64,000 nucleotides of DNA from Octopus vulgaris (GCA_951406725.2 OX597818.1:25792001-25856000), one strand, 5' to 3'; numbered from the stretch's first letter, positions 1-14,554 are shown. Notes: generated by a model not told the origin, from the letters alone. Made by a program: numbers and translations.

Positions 1-700
1 TCAGTTCACAATATAATGCAGTCAAGAAAACTACCAATTATAGATTTTCTAGTAATGAGAGTCAACAATTGGATTGAGACAGATTTAAAACAATATCAAC
101 TACTTATTTCTGAAACACACTTGGAACATTCCACTTAATTTAGCCAAAGAGATGTACACAGCTGTTTCCAAGCTAAACACTCGTGGTATAAAACTTCAGG
201 AACTTAAAAATATACTCATTGAAACATATTATCTACCATCTTTAATAGATGATGGGATGCATCAAGCCAAAACAATTGATGTTCCATTATTTAATTGAAC
301 TATTGTAAAAAATAAAAGACAGTTAAAATTATTAAAATTGACATAACCAAATATCAAAATTATATTCAATGACACCTGAATTAACAGTTAAAAGATGTGG
401 AGCAATCCAACTTTCGAATATGTTTAAATTTGCTTGAGAGTAAAAAAATTCCATTGTGAACAAGGAAAATTCTTCAAATTAAAGATAAACTTTACTGAAT
501 CTAATTTATGAAATAACAGGTTCAGGATGTAGAGAGAATTATATAAGACAGACTGAAATAAACTTAAAGGAAAAGAATGACATTACACAGCTAGTAACAT
601 TGATTTTCCAGCTATAGGCAAATATACCCTAGAGTGCATATAGATGCATATGCTGGTAAATGTCAATTTAAAAACTTTTTAAATCCAGACCTGTGTCCTC
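1..700 (+). mobile_element. Decayed Penelope-like element fragment (RT thumb to GIY-YIG endonuclease)
   Basis: Manual translation ~125-260 gives NIPLNLAKEMYTAVSKLNTRGIKLQELKNILIETYYLPSLIDDG, resembling the PLE RT C-terminus; ~530-660 resembles the YIG..T..L..R..LH part of GIY-YIG. Many stops and frameshifts. Confidence 0.55.
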
Positions 701-734
701 AAAGAACATCTGCCCAGTAGTGAATAAATAAGTT

Positions 735-1995
735 TCATCATCATCGTCGTCATCATCATCATCATTGTTTAACATCCATTTTCAATGCTGGCATGGGTTG
801 GGCGGTTTGACTGGGGACTGGCAAGCCAGGAAGCTGCACCAGGCTCCAATCTGATCTGGCAATGTTTTAACAGCTGGATGCCCTTCCTAACACCAACCAC
901 TGGTATTGGCCATGTTTGAATGGTACTTTTTATGTGCTACTGGCACAGGAGCCAGTCGGGGCAGAGGGGCTGTCATTGACCACATTTGGATGGTGCGGTT
1001 TATGTGCCACTGGCATGGGGAGCCAGTCAGGCAGCACTGGCAATGACCCATGCACGAATGTTGCTTATTGTGTGCCACCAGTACAGAAGCCAGTCAGGTG
1101 GCACTGGCATTGGCCACAATTACAATTTCCATTTGATTGTGATTGTTATTTGATTTGATTTTGAATTTGATTTTACTTGACTCAATAGGTCTCCTCAAGC
1201 ACGGCATGTCACCTAATGATTCAAAGGTGCTTTTTAAATGGGCTGGTTATGTGACACTGGTGTAGGCTATGGTTGAGATCTCACTTTACTTGCTGGGTCT
1301 TCTCAATCACAGCCTATCTCCAGAGGTCTCAGTCTTTTGTCATTGCCTTTGTAAGGCCCAACGTTCAAAGGTCATGCTTCACCACTTCATCCCATGTCTT
1401 CCTGGGTCTCCCTCTTCCATGGGTTCCTTCCACTGTTAGGGAGTGATACTTCTTCACACAGCTCTCCTCATCCATACACAACACATGACTATACCAGAGT
1501 ATTCATCTCTCTTGCAACCACATCTGATGCTTTTTATGTCCAGCATTTCTGTCAGGGCACTTACACTCTATCATGTGTGCACACTGACATTACACATCGA
1601 GTAGATCATACTAGCTTCATTTGTTTCAAGACTACGCATGTCTTCAGCAGTCATGGCCCATGTTTCACTGCCGTATAACATGGCAGTTCGTATACATGCA
1701 TCATACAATCTACCTTTCACTCTGAGTGAGAGGTCCTTTGTCACCAGTAGAGGTAGGAGCTTTCTCAACTTTGCCCAGGCTATTCTTATTCTAGTGGCAA
1801 CACTCTCCAAGCATCCACCCCACAACAGACTTGGTCACCTAGGTAGCGGAAACTATCAAATACTTCTAGTTTCTCCCTCTGGCATGTGATGGAATCAGTT
1901 TTCTGAGCATCTGCGGTGTTTATTGCTCTTGTACATCTGCTGCACACAAAAGCTATCTTCCCAGTTAACTTTCCTTTGATGTTGCTGCACCTATA
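735..1995 (-). mobile_element. RTE-clade LINE, 5'-truncated (RT C-terminus, 3' UTR, (GAT)n tail)
   Basis: ORFs 1786..2139 and 1571..1825 give FRYLGDQV / RIRIAWAKLRKLLPLL / LYDACIRTAMLYGSETW, typical RTE RT C-terminal motifs. The 3' UTR (ggatgcccttcctaacaccaaccac) recurs through the window; (CAT)n at 736-765. Confidence 0.85.
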
Positions 1996-2018
1996 GGGAT
2001 TGTTACCCCTACAAGCAA

Positions 2019-2118
2019 CCATGAACAAGCAAGGGTCACGAACAAGCAACTGCGAACAAGCAAAGGTTGTGAACAAGCAAGGGTCATGAATAAGCAAGGG
2101 TCGTGAACAAGCAGGGGT
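2019..2118. repeat. Imperfect minisatellite of gaacaagcaa(gggtc) units
   Basis: About six copies of gaacaagca/gaataagca spaced 14-18 bp apart. Confidence 0.7.
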
Positions 2119-3034
2119 AAATTTAGAGAGATGGTACAAAAAAATATGTAGCCAACTTGAGAATACAGGCGTGGAGGAGAGATTTCATTTAGAAAATTAC
2201 ATGAAGAATTAATGTGAAACGAAGGCTGAGAGAGAGAGAGATTAGGAAGTTATATATTGAAGGGTCAATTTAAATAATTAGCTTACGAAAGTAGACATTA
2301 GTAAATAATACATATTAAAAGTATTAATAGCGAATGACAAATGAATGCTTGAAAAGACTGAAAAACGAGAGAATATCTTAGCTTAGAAATGTATAACTGG
2401 GCATCCAAGAACCATCTACGTTGGAATGAATTGCATGAAAAACAGGGAGGAAAAGTGTTTTATAGATATGCTATGACCGGAAGTGGACATTATGGAGGGT
2501 GCTTTCTCCCTGGCTGAAGACAATAGCAATGATAGTAGCAGAGAGTAGCACAAGAGGCCATATTAAGTCGGAATGCATAAGAGAATATTTAGCCAACTTG
2601 AAACACATTGCGAACAAGCAAACTATGATAGAGAGATGGTACAAAAAAAAAAAAAAAATCTCATTCATTAAAAAATATCAGTCATGTTTAAATAAGTATA
2701 ACTAATTAATTAGTTGATATTTTATTAATTTATTATAATTGAAAGAAAATCAAATATTGTATTTATTATAGCCACTGTAACCATTAACAATGTCTAGTTA
2801 TAGAGCCATAGTGAAATTGTTAGTTTTAAAACAATGATAATAGAAACAAGCAAGACAGGTGAAAAGGATTTTATGGTGGATGCATGAAAAATCTACTTTA
2901 TCAAAGCTTTAACATAAAAAAACTTTGTGCATTTTGTTTATTCTCAATATAATTTGACTCATGTAGAATTATTTCTTGACTTAGGTCATCATGTAGATAT
3001 ATATATGCACAAACATGCACATATATATATATAC

Positions 3035-3035
<1 letters not shown>

Positions 3036-3065
<30 letters not shown>

Positions 3066-3145
3066 TGTATGTATGTATGTATGTATGTATGTATGTATGT
3101 ATGTATGTATGTATGTATGTATGTATGTATGTATGTATGTATGTT
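3036..3145. repeat. (TATG)n microsatellite
   Basis: Direct reading. Confidence 0.95.
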
Positions 3146-3205
3146 TATATACCATATGCAAATGCACTAAAACCTTTATGCTAAAACTATGATAAAATGG
3201 ATGAT

Positions 3206-3281
<76 letters not shown>

Positions 3282-4949
3282 TATATGTATTATATCTATA
3301 AATACACTAAAATCTTTATGATAAAACTATGATAAAATGGATCGTTCATGCATCTAGCATAAAATCTTCATCTTTTGTAGTTTCCCTAAAATAATCTTAT
3401 AGATATTGATGTTGGGGTATGATTGTGTGTATATTATGTATGTTTATCTGTCTGTCTATCTGTATGTATGTATTTATGTATATATGTATCTAATATACAT
3501 ACATACACACAAACACACACACCCACATACAAACACACACATACAAACATACACACACACACACAGACACACACACACACATGCACACACACACATATAC
3601 GCACGGATGTATGTGTATATACATGTTTTCATGTGTAGGTGTGTACATATATGTATACATGTCTGTGTGCCAGCATAAACACTAAAGTTAATTTCTTTGT
3701 TTAACAGTTTGTTAGATGTGTGGAAAATATCATACACTATGTAATGAAGTGGTGATCATAAAGTCGTTGGCCTAACACATTGCGAACAACTTTATGATTA
3801 CAACTTCAAGTATCTGAATATATTTATATAACAACCAAACCTACATGCATAAGCATTCAGACAGACATGTATACACATTTACACATCTACAGATACATAC
3901 AAAGGCTCAAAAAAGAAATATATATATATATAGTAGCGAGAAGTTGAGGTTATAAGAGATAATGGTGCCATTGAGACCCAAAGGTGTCAGGTAATGCTGA
4001 ATAAGTACTATAGACAGATCATAGTTAAGTTCCAGATTCAGTAATATTGCGAATAAAGGGTTCAACGTTGGTTCTATGTCAGCGTGTGTATAAAAATTTT
4101 ATCTATAAATGCTCTAATATCTATACAGCCTTGGTTTTTATCTTGTTATGCAAAAAAATTCTTATATATATATATATATCCTTATAGACACTCAGGCACA
4201 TGCATATCTCTGTAATACAGTGTAACACTTTGTCACCACTTGTGGTGAAGAACCTCTCTCTGGAACACTGTAGTTGGAGGCTCATTCTTAGTGCGTGAAA
4301 CGATGTAGGTTGAATAAAGTCACTGCTATTGGCTGGTGTTTTCTACTATAGTCACTAAGTGGTTTGTCTGCAATTTTCTGCCAAAGCATGCCAGGGCTGT
4401 TCGTTGTTCATTAGACCCAAGTGAAATATTACTTTGTTAGAAACCGGGGAATGTTGGTGATAAAAAGTGTGCTGGGTCATATAAATAGCTGTTTCAATAA
4501 AATCATCATCTGACCCATGGAAGTATGGAAACGTGGGTGATAAAATGCTGATAATAAATCATATAACCGATGTGTGTGTGTGTGTGTGTGTATGTGTGTG
4601 TGTGTGTGTGTGCACGTATATGTGTATATAACATGTATGTAGATGTATGTTTGCATGTACATGAAAAATGGATGTTGATGATGATGATGATGATGACATT
4701 CACACATACAGAATGTAGAAGTTGAATGGTAATTACACCTTTATGGCTACTAGCCTCTCTCATGTTAAAGGAGAAGAACCAGGCTTTAGTCACCTAACAT
4801 ATTTTATGTCCTAACCCCCACGTAGTGTCCCATGTAATAGCTTTGGCTGATGGTTAAACAAGATACAGAAGTATCTCTGAATGTAGAGTGATGTTGATGA
4901 AGTTCACTGTGATATGCAACAGACTGTATCTCCAGTGAAATCTTCAGAT

Positions 4950-5435
4950 TATCATCATCATCATCATTTAACATCCGTTTTCCAAGCTGGCATAGGTTTG
5001 ACAGTTTGACAGAAATCGACCTGCTAAAGGGTTGTTCAGGCTTCATGTCTGTTTTGGCATGGTTTCTATAGCTGGATGCCCTTCCTAACACCAACAACTT
5101 TGCAGAGTGTACTGGGTGCTTTTATGCAGCACCAGTACATGTGCTTTTTTGTGGCACCAGCACTTATGAGTCCACAAGATTAGGTGTGCTCAGCTGGAAT
5201 GGGTTGCAAGGGATGAACCTGTATGCAAGGGCAACTATGCTTTTACTTAGCTTGATGTGTCTTTTCAAGCACAGCAAACTGCCAAGAGTCTCAATCCCCT
5301 GTTCATCCCCTCTGTGAGTCCAAGCATTTGTAGAGCCTTTCTTCCTACTTCATCCCATGTCTCCCTGGGTCTACTCTTTCCACATATTCCCTCTACAATT
5401 AGAGATCAGCACCTCTTGATGCAACTTCAGATGCT
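4950..5435 (-). mobile_element. RTE LINE 3' fragment
   Basis: (CAT)n followed by tttaacatccgttttcca...ggatgcccttcctaacacc, the same 3' UTR family as 735-900, then a decayed ORF end. Confidence 0.7.
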
Positions 5436-5619
5436 TATTTTTAAAGGGTTTATCTACCCAAATCTGGGAATTGTACCTAATATGTTATAGGCTTAATCAC
5501 TAAGGTACAACGCCAATGATTCCTTTATAGATTTAGAATACCAATAATAAAACTATAAAAGAAATAAATTAATAGTTGTCTGGTATTGGGCAATCAGAGG
5601 TGTTAAGAATCTTTGGGGT

Positions 5620-6500
5620 TTTAAATACAAATATTAAAGTATGTATTGGAAAATGGAATATTCAAACAATATGGCATGAGGGTAGGTTGAGACAGATAGA
5701 GAAGGTAATTAATCAATCCAAAACTTATATGCTGACCCTAAGTGAAACTGATTTGGAAGATGGGATTAAATTTTGATGGAAAACAATACCTTTTCAATCT
5801 CTAAAAGAGATTGAAGCAGCTTGATTCTAAGATAAAAAAGAAAAAAGGCTTCAAGTGCATTATCTGATGGCAGACTACTTTGAGTGAAACTTAAAGCTAA
5901 GTAATGCAACTTCAGAATTACTGTTTGTTACTTACCAATAAATAGTACAGCTGATGAGGAGAAAGATTCTTTCTGCTAACTGTTGCAAGATACATATTAT
6001 TCTAGCAAGATATATGAAAATTGGAGTTGGTGATCTGAAGTAAAAGTATGGTTTTAGCAAAGAAGGCATGAAATAGACATCATATATGCATGGGCTTGGA
6101 GAAGCCAATGGAAATAATGAAGATTGACTAGCTTTTGTGGCTCCAACAATTACATCGTTGGTAGAGACACTTTTTTAAGCACAAGGATATTCACAAATAT
6201 CTTAATCAAATAGATCAAACTATGACAAATCAGAAATGTTAAAAAAAAATTCAGTTTGGTGTTACATCATATTAAGGTGCCAATATCTGAAGTAATCATT
6301 AATTGATAATAAGGCCAATTCAGTTGAAGTTAAGGCTAAAGAACAGGATGAAAGGATTATTAGGTTTGATACTATGAAGTTGAATGATGAATTGAAAATT
6401 AAAAATTAAAATTGATTTGTTGTACTCAAAGCTGCAGATGAAGATGATACAAAAATCAATGGTACATTGAATAATTTAAAGGAAGCATATTGAAGTTTTC
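5620..6500 (+). mobile_element. Decayed LINE (RTE-like) APE endonuclease region
   Basis: ORF 5576..5776 contains IGKWNIQTIWHEGRLRQIEK...LTLSET, matching the APE N-terminal IGTWNVRT...LGLSE motif. Heavily disrupted downstream. Confidence 0.6.
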
Positions 6501-7129
6501 TGAGACCTTATATGAAAAAATTATTCAATAATCAAGAAAAAAGCCTCATCAAAAGTGAAATTGTCATATCATTTTTAATAGTTACTTATAAATAAGTTTT
6601 ATTTCTGATATGCAAATAATATAGCCTGGTGATTGCAACAGTTAAACAATTGTTTTGCTGTTTTCTCTTTCCAGTCTAAATTCCAAGCATACTATTCAAT
6701 ATAGTGATATAATTTTTCATTTGTTGTTGTAATTTTCCCATGATTGACATAAAGAAGACATGCCAAGAATGAAGGTATTAACAATAGTTTCATTATTGAA
6801 TAGTTTTGTTCTTTAATATTTCAGCAACATTGCAATTTCTGAAGTAATGCAATTGATATTCTTATTGATCTCAGGAACACTAATGACTTCATGTGTAGGA
6901 CTTGTTGGAGCTAGTTGTGCTACTACAATATAGTGATATCAATATTTCAGGTATAGTTTGGAATTTACTTCACATTAAAGTGTTAAGTTAATACCTTTTA
7001 TGTCAAAATTTGTTCCTCCTATGTTCAGCATTGTCCTTTTTTGTTGTTCATTGTATTTATACTAATACACACACACACACACGCACACACACACACTCAT
7101 ATATAATGATGAAGTTAAACCAAATAATG

Positions 7130-7303
7130 GTTTCAAATTTTACCACAAGAGTAGCCATTTTTGGGGGAGGGGGAGTACATAATTTATTGATCCTAAAAAG
7201 ATGAAAGACCTCGGCAGAATTTGAACTCAGAATGTAGTGATGGGCGAAATACCGTTAAGAATTTCGTCCAGCATACTAATGATTCTGCCAGCTTGCTACC
7301 TTA
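7130..7303 (-). mobile_element. tRNA-derived SINE (Deu/Nin-like family), decayed
   Basis: gacctcggcagaatttgaactcagaa...gattctgccagcttgc, homologous to copies at 41202 and 62631. Confidence 0.75.
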
Positions 7304-7376
7304 GTCAAACCAAATAATATTTTGAAAGCATTTAATACATGTCTCAAATCATTATGTAATATATAATACTACATTT

Positions 7377-7423
<47 letters not shown>

Positions 7424-7424
<1 letters not shown>

Positions 7425-7633
7425 TCTTTTACTTGTTTCAGTCATGTGACTGTGGCCATTCTGGAGCACCACCTTTATTCGAGCAAATTGACCCCAGGAC
7501 TTATTCTTTGTAAGCCTAGTACTTATTCTATCGGTCTCTTTTGCTGAACTGCTAAATTACGGGGACATAAACACACCATCATCAGTTGTCAAGCGATGTT
7601 GAGGAGACAAACACAGACACACAAACATATACA

Positions 7634-7731
<98 letters not shown>

Positions 7732-7875
7732 TACGACGGGTTTCTTTCAGTTTACATCTACCAAATCCACTCACAAGGCTTTGGTCAGCCCAAGGCTATA
7801 GTAGAAGACACTTGCCCAAGGTGCCACTCAGTGGGAATGAACCTAGAACCATGTGGTTGGTAAGCAAGCTACTTA
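7424..7875 (-). mobile_element. tRNA-derived CORE-like SINE
   Basis: Reverse complement of the 9254 copy (cacttgcccaaggtgcc core, internal CA/TA microsatellite, actgaaacaagtaaaag tail). Confidence 0.9.
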
Positions 7876-8465
7876 TGGCCTAATGGGTATATGTTGATTA
7901 GCATGTTGAAGTGTTGAGTAGAGCACTGGCACAGTTTGGGCTACCTAATGTCATCTGTAGTCAGGGTATGTTTCCATTAGATCTACTTCGGGAACTGCTC
8001 AGTGTTAGATGAGATAATAATAATAATTTCTTAAGTAACCAGAAGATGGATTTGGTATTAATCTTTATTTTGTACAACGGTTGTTTCAACCCATCCTGCC
8101 ATTGTCCCTTATTTGGCTGGAGACTATTCAACATGTGTTGCATCTATTTTACAGTCTGGGTCTCATCAGGCACATCCATGCATAAAGTTGTGTCTTGCTA
8201 AAGATCCTGAATTTTGGCTGTCATGTTGTTATATGCTCGTTTGGTTTAGGGAATGAAACATTGCAACAATTTTCAGTTACCATTATTTTTCTATAATAAG
8301 AATTGTGAACATTTGTAAATGTAGACAAATAACTGTTGATAAAAAAATAAAACAAAATTTGTAGGGGAAGTAAATGGATGGACAGGGATGGATTGAGTTA
8401 CATTGGGTTTAAGACAAAAGAATGGTACTAGAAAAAGGAAGGGAAAGATATATATATATATATAT

Positions 8466-9243
8466 GCAGGTTAGAAATAATAAAGAGTAAATTTATTTAA
8501 TAAAATTGCCATTGGCTTCAACAACAGCCTCCAGACAACTTTGGAGCCTCCTACAATTCTTCTGGATGGTCTTGTTTAAATTGGTGAATGCGACCATAAT
8601 CCTTGCCCTCAGTCATCTTTGGTGTTACAAGGAGTTTTGTTGGTCTCTCACTTAACTGTGTCCCACACATAATAATCAAGGGGTTGCAGTCTGAGGAGTT
8701 AGGTGGCCAGATGTTAGGGGTGATGTGGTCACAGAAATTGTCTGGCAGCCATGACTGGGGTCTCCTGCTCGTGGGGCATGGAGCAGAGTCCTGTTGCCAG
8801 ACATAGGGGTCTTCCCTCAGCCATCCTCTTGACCCAGAGCAGCACTACCTCCTCCAGGTACTTAATGTAGGCCTCCGAGTTGAGTCTGAGGCCATGTGGG
8901 AAGATAAATGGAGGTATAACGTCGCCATCACTAGTGATCACTCCAAACACCATGATGTTAATTGAATGTTTGATTTTTATATCTCTCAGTACATGTACTG
9001 TCCTCAGATTGACACCCAAACACTCTGAAATGTTCATAATGGAGCTTTTGGTGTGAATTCCAAGCAGCACAGCATGTCATTTCCAAATTTGTGGCAGAGT
9101 GAATTATCTCATAGTGCTGTTTTTCTCACAGACGCTGCCTTACTAACCCTACTATATTGTGTTGTTGACAAAATCAAAAACGAACAATGTGCATGTGTCA
9201 AATTAAAAATATAAAATGGTAACAATTTACCCATCGCACCATG
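8466..9243 (-). mobile_element. Tc1/mariner (maT, DD37D-like) transposon, internally deleted
   Basis: ORF 8729..9070 has MVFGVITSDGDVIPPFIFPHGLRLNSEAYIKYLEEVV; downstream in another frame QDSAPCP and WPPNSSDCNPLDYYVW. TA-flanked TIR-like end at ~9215-9243. Confidence 0.85.
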
Positions 9244-9253
9244 TATATATATA

Positions 9254-9660
9254 TAGGCACAGGAGTGGCTGTGTGGTAAGTAGCTTACTTACCAACCACA
9301 TGGTTCTGGGTTCAGTCCCACTGCATGGCACCTTGGGCAAGTGTCTTCTACTATAGCCTCAGGCCGATCAAAGCCTTTTGAGTGGATTTGGTAGATGGAA
9401 AGTGAAAGAAGCTAATCGTATATATGTATGTAAATATGTATGTGTGTGTATATGTTTGTGTGTCTGTGTTTGTTCCTCCAACATCGCTTGACAACCGATG
9501 CTGGTGTGTTTATGTCCCTGTAACTTAGTGGTTCAGCAAAAAAGACAGATAGAATAAGTACTAGGCTTAAAAGAATACATCCTGGGGTCAATTTGCTCAA
9601 CTAAAGGTGGTGCTCCAACATGGCTGCAGTCAAATGACTGAAACAAGTAAAAGAATAAAC
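9254..9660 (+). mobile_element. tRNA-derived CORE-like SINE
   Basis: A-box (tggctgtgtgg), B-box (ggttcagtccc), caccttgggcaagtg core; about 10 related copies in the window. Confidence 0.9.
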
Positions 9661-10079
9661 GAATATATATTAAAACAAAAGAAAATGCTTTGCAAACTTT
9701 CTTGTGAATAAAATGAAGAAAAAATTTACATTCTATGAAAATATGGTACCTTTTTCAATTGTTTAAGACAATTTAGTCATGTAATAAGTAAAGAAAAATT
9801 AATTGAATTAAATCAAATTAATCTTTCATGATAGCTGTTTTGAAAGTTCTCATGTTTTTCTTATAAAATTCAGAGGATAGTGGTTGTTGGTATTCTGATG
9901 GTTGCTGGGTCATAATGGCAGTGTTACAAGTTTTAGCAGTGGTAGTTATCTTTTGTTCCTTAATGACAATGTTGATATTTAAGAATGCCTTGTAATTGTG
10001 GGAGAAGTTGTTTGGTGGTGGTGTCAGTAGTAGTCGTAGCAGCAGCAGCTTTTCTAATAGTTATCTGTTCTCTCCTATT

Positions 10080-10410
10080 GTGATCAAAGTGTTAAGAAGT
10101 TTTTGGTATTTCCTTGTGAAAGTTGGTTCTTTGTTGATGTGTTGCTGTTGCAATATGCCACAAGTCAATTGATAGAAAGGGAAAATAATATTTGGTAGCA
10201 CATGTGTCTATTTCTCTGTACTCTGGTATATGAATTTGTGATCTATGCAGAGTTATGCATAGTATTAAGGATATCCTAGTTTGGCCTATATAGTTTTCTT
10301 TGCACCCTGCACATGTTATATAAATAAGGTTTTCAGATGCAAAGGTAAAGTTATTCTTTATTTTGAAGAATTTTCCTTGCTTAAAATGGATCTCTGATCC
10401 TTCTGGAAGA
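10080..10410 (-). mobile_element. Penelope-like GIY-YIG endonuclease fragment
   Basis: Reverse translation FKIKNNFTFASENLIYITCAGCKENYIGQTR...LHRSQI, a GIY-YIG with the PLE CxxC linker. Confidence 0.75.
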
Positions 10411-10411
10411 T

Positions 10412-10637
10412 TTAAACCTTTAACATTCAGATTAATGTGTCAAATGTAATGCTTTGTTTTTTTTTTTCACAATTGTTTTATGCATTATCCAGTAACTTAA
10501 AGATTTCAAGGATGTGATTGCTTTATTCTTAGAATGATATTAGAGTAAGTTGGAAAGGCTGTATCTGGTCAGTTTGATCATAAAACATTTAGAATATTTG
10601 GGCCAGATATGGTCAGTTTATATGCCATAAGCATTGA
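10412..10637. mobile_element. Decayed copy of the TTAA-type MITE seen at 26679
   Basis: Starts ttaaacctttaacattcagat; the internal sequence is the reverse complement of 26679-26901. Confidence 0.6.
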
Positions 10638-10712
10638 ACATATATCATATTCAAGTATATATTCATTTTTATACAAAAGAAATGTTTACTGCTTCAGAAA
10701 TAAACAAAACAT

Positions 10713-10765
<53 letters not shown>

Positions 10766-13619
10766 ACATACACATACACATAGAAAGATTGGTAGATACA
10801 TACATACATATATATACAGACACACACACATACATATGTACAGACACATACATGCACATAAACACACACACACCTAAACACATACACATGCACACACGCA
10901 CACACACACACACAAAGCATGCATGCATGCACATATGCAAATGCTTAGAATTATTAGTATTACTAATTGAAATGTATAATGTCAAATTTTCTCCATTTAG
11001 AAACTTTTTTCCCTTTTTCCTTTGCCTCTCATTTAGTTTTCATTAATAATGAAATAATGAAGGTGTTAAATTCAATTTAATCTCTGAATGTGTGTTTAAG
11101 GCTTTAAATTTTAATTAGCTGAAAGGAGCATCAAAATTTATAAGTCACTGAGTTAGTATAATTTCAGTGTTCGATAATATCATTTGGAGAAAATAATGAG
11201 AAAATCAAAAGACGAAATATTCACAAAATATTGTTGATTTCAGAAACAATTTAATGATTCTCAGATGACAAGAAATTGTCAGAGAAATTTATTTTCATTT
11301 GGAGGAGAGAAGAGAAAAAGAAGAAAAAAACCATAACGAAAATTGGTGTTAGACTACACTGCTAATACTGTTCCTCTTACTACTACTACTACTACTGCTG
11401 CTACCACCACCACCACCACCACCACCACCACCACCACCACTACTACTACTAAATCCACAACTTCTGTGTGGTCATTTAGCCTACTTGAAATAATAGTCAA
11501 GTTTTCCTATCTTCTTTGAAAAGGAAGAAAACTTTGGCTAATGTAGTGTTAGTATATAGTGTCTGAATAAAAGATAGTATAGTCACAGACAACTAAAACA
11601 TCTTGACTGTTGGTCCATTTGATGAGAGCACACTTAGGGCTAAGCAACAACTACAACCACCACCACCACTAATAACGCCACTACCAATTTACTATAGAGC
11701 AACTTGGAATAGTTGTATCCTCTTTCTGAATTCTCTCAATTTTGTTGTTGATATTGAAGAACTCTGGATCATATCTGATACTGTCTATCACATATTTGGA
11801 TATTTCCTTGCCACTCACAATAACATCTCAGCTGGAATCCAAGTACTTTCATTGGTAACTAATTTCATTTATGCATTGCAAATGCCAACATTGGCATAGA
11901 ATTCCTCTCTTCCTAGACTTCCATTTATTTAACAGGGAACAAGATAGAATTTTATTATATATTCATATATACATGTAGGTCATATCTAATACTTACAACT
12001 GATCCCATTTGATATTTAAATATGCATTAATTGTGTACATGAAATCTTAGTTTTAAGTGTACAAGCATTCTAACTTCAATAATAACAGATTTATGTCTGA
12101 AAATATTAAATTTAAGCAAAATAGACTTTTAAATAAATATCTCACAAAACTTTGTCAAGTTACACATAGAGAGATACAATTTTATTTCAGGATATTCAAC
12201 CAGAAATAATCATAAAGAAAACCGACACATAAATCTATACTTATATGTACTCTATAAATGTAATATTTAATAATATTACATTTGATATTTGTATGTATGT
12301 GTGTCCCTCCTTGCCCTGGTTAACAGGCTGAATACCCAAGGCCATAACTTATTTTCTGCATATAACTAAATCAAACTTAAGGAGGAATATAGATTAGATT
12401 TCATTTACATCAATTTAAAGTTGAATATGCTACAAGCTTAAAACTGTAAAAACAGCTTCTCAGTTTAAAAGACAAAATATCAAAATTATATTTAGATAAA
12501 TATTAGATTTAACTTTGGAGATGAAACCTCATCTATACAAAAATAAACAGGCAACAATTTGCATATACTGCTTGCTGAAGTTTTAAAAGATGTGAAGAAG
12601 AAGCGTGTTTTTGTTGAGCTGGCCCAGCGACTCAGATTTAATTTTTAAATGTCATTTCAATTATATTACTAATACATTTGAGACAAAATTTAATGTAACA
12701 CAGCCTCATTTTCTGGCTTCTTATAAATCTGATATCTCTATATGATTTGAATATGAATGTGTTCTCTGATAGTCATGGGTTTTTCAATGTAAGGATACAA
12801 TCATATACATATAGGGATACAATTATGTTAATTGAATCTCTAGCTATTATTAAGTAACCAGTTCATAGCATCAGCTAGTTATTATTTCATCAGCTACTGT
12901 CATATAGCCATTTCTTAAAAGAGAAAGAAACAAAGGCCATGAGATAGCTTTTGCCTTAGTGAATAAGCTCAACATTTTCATTCATATAACCATTTCCTCA
13001 ATACTTAACACCATATGTCAATTACTTTTGTATTTACTCCTACACAATTCTATCTGACCTGTGTAAGCATGGAAAAGTGGACATTAAACTGGTGAAGATG
13101 ATGAAAAGTCGTTTCCTCAGTAGTTATCTTAATGACATTTGTTTATTTATTACTGAATTATTGTGTAGCATTTTACACCAAGGAACAGTACCCAGAAATA
13201 ATAATTTATTGTCAATCAAATCAATTATTACTGGTACTTATCAAACCAATGTGGAAGCCTTTATACATTTGCTTGACATGCTGGCAGCTAAATTTCCTTC
13301 CTATCTTGAAACATGAAGCACAAATTGGCAATGTAGTACTAGATATACAAAAAAGATGGAATAGTCACATGTCAAATACATTGGATCATAGGTTTGCTCA
13401 GTCAGAGCTAAACAATAACTGGTACTTATTACTGTATATATCCCCAACAGGGATGGAAATTTTTATGCTCATCCTAGAAGCAGGGTACTCTCAGAGCATA
13501 AAGGAATAACACTAAAAACTGTAATGTATTTAATTAAATACTCAACATTATTAACACTTTCACTACCCTCAGCCTAATAAGATGGACTGACAAAGGAACC
13601 TCTATATTGTTGCTCACCC

Positions 13620-14501
13620 TAACAACATGCAAAGAGAAAAAAATGTACGGTCAATTTGCAAGAGATGCGAATGACAAGAACGATACAGAAGACTGGTGGT
13701 TATGGATGAGGAGGAGTGACATGAAGATAGAGGCAGAAGCACTCATACACGCAGCTCAAGAACAAGTATTAAGGAGCAACTATGTGAAGTGCAGAATAGA
13801 TAACATGACTGACCGCAACAAGTGCAGAATGTGTGGTGAGAGGGATGAAATGGTATGGCACATCATTAAGAAATACTTGAAACTGACACAAATTGGCACA
13901 AAAGACATGACAATGTGGCAAGAATGATCCATTGGGAGCTCTGTGGAAATCATGGCCTACAAAGAGAAAAGATGTGGTATGAGAAAACCCCAGAAGGTGT
14001 CACTGAGAATGAGAATTGCAAAATCTTGCAGGATGCAATGATTCATTGTGATCACCAGACCAGACATCAGAAATTGGACATTGTTGTGGTGAATAAAAAT
14101 GAAAGAACAAGCGTGATAATTGACATAGCATGCTCTGGTGACAACAGGATCAGAAAGAAAGAAGAAGAAAAAATAAACGACAACGACGATTTGAAATGGG
14201 AAGTATGAAGGTTGTGGTCAATGAGGAGAGTAGAGATGATACCAATAGTAATTGGTGCTCATGGGAGTATTAGCACTCAACTACCAACATAGCTGAAAAA
14301 GATTGGTGCAAGTGTGAAGGTAAAACACCTACAAAAATTAGCATTGCTTGGAACTGCAAGAATTCTTCACAGGGTTCTTGAAGCATGACTAATAAACAAG
14401 TGTCACTTTAGTCTGCTGGCTGTGGACAGCTGACACTTTCCGTCATACCCAGCAAAATAAGCTGCGAGTTTTCATCACATAATAACAATAATAACAAGAA
14501 C

Positions 14502-14554
<53 letters not shown>

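Noticed and set aside
4240-4320. Hammerhead-like GAAAC-gat-GTA with aacc/ggtt pairing
   Set aside because: No convincing CUGANGA box in the right position.
6675-6955. Two AG...GT-bounded exon-like segments on the + strand
   Set aside because: In-frame stops in the frames I checked and no recognisable homology.
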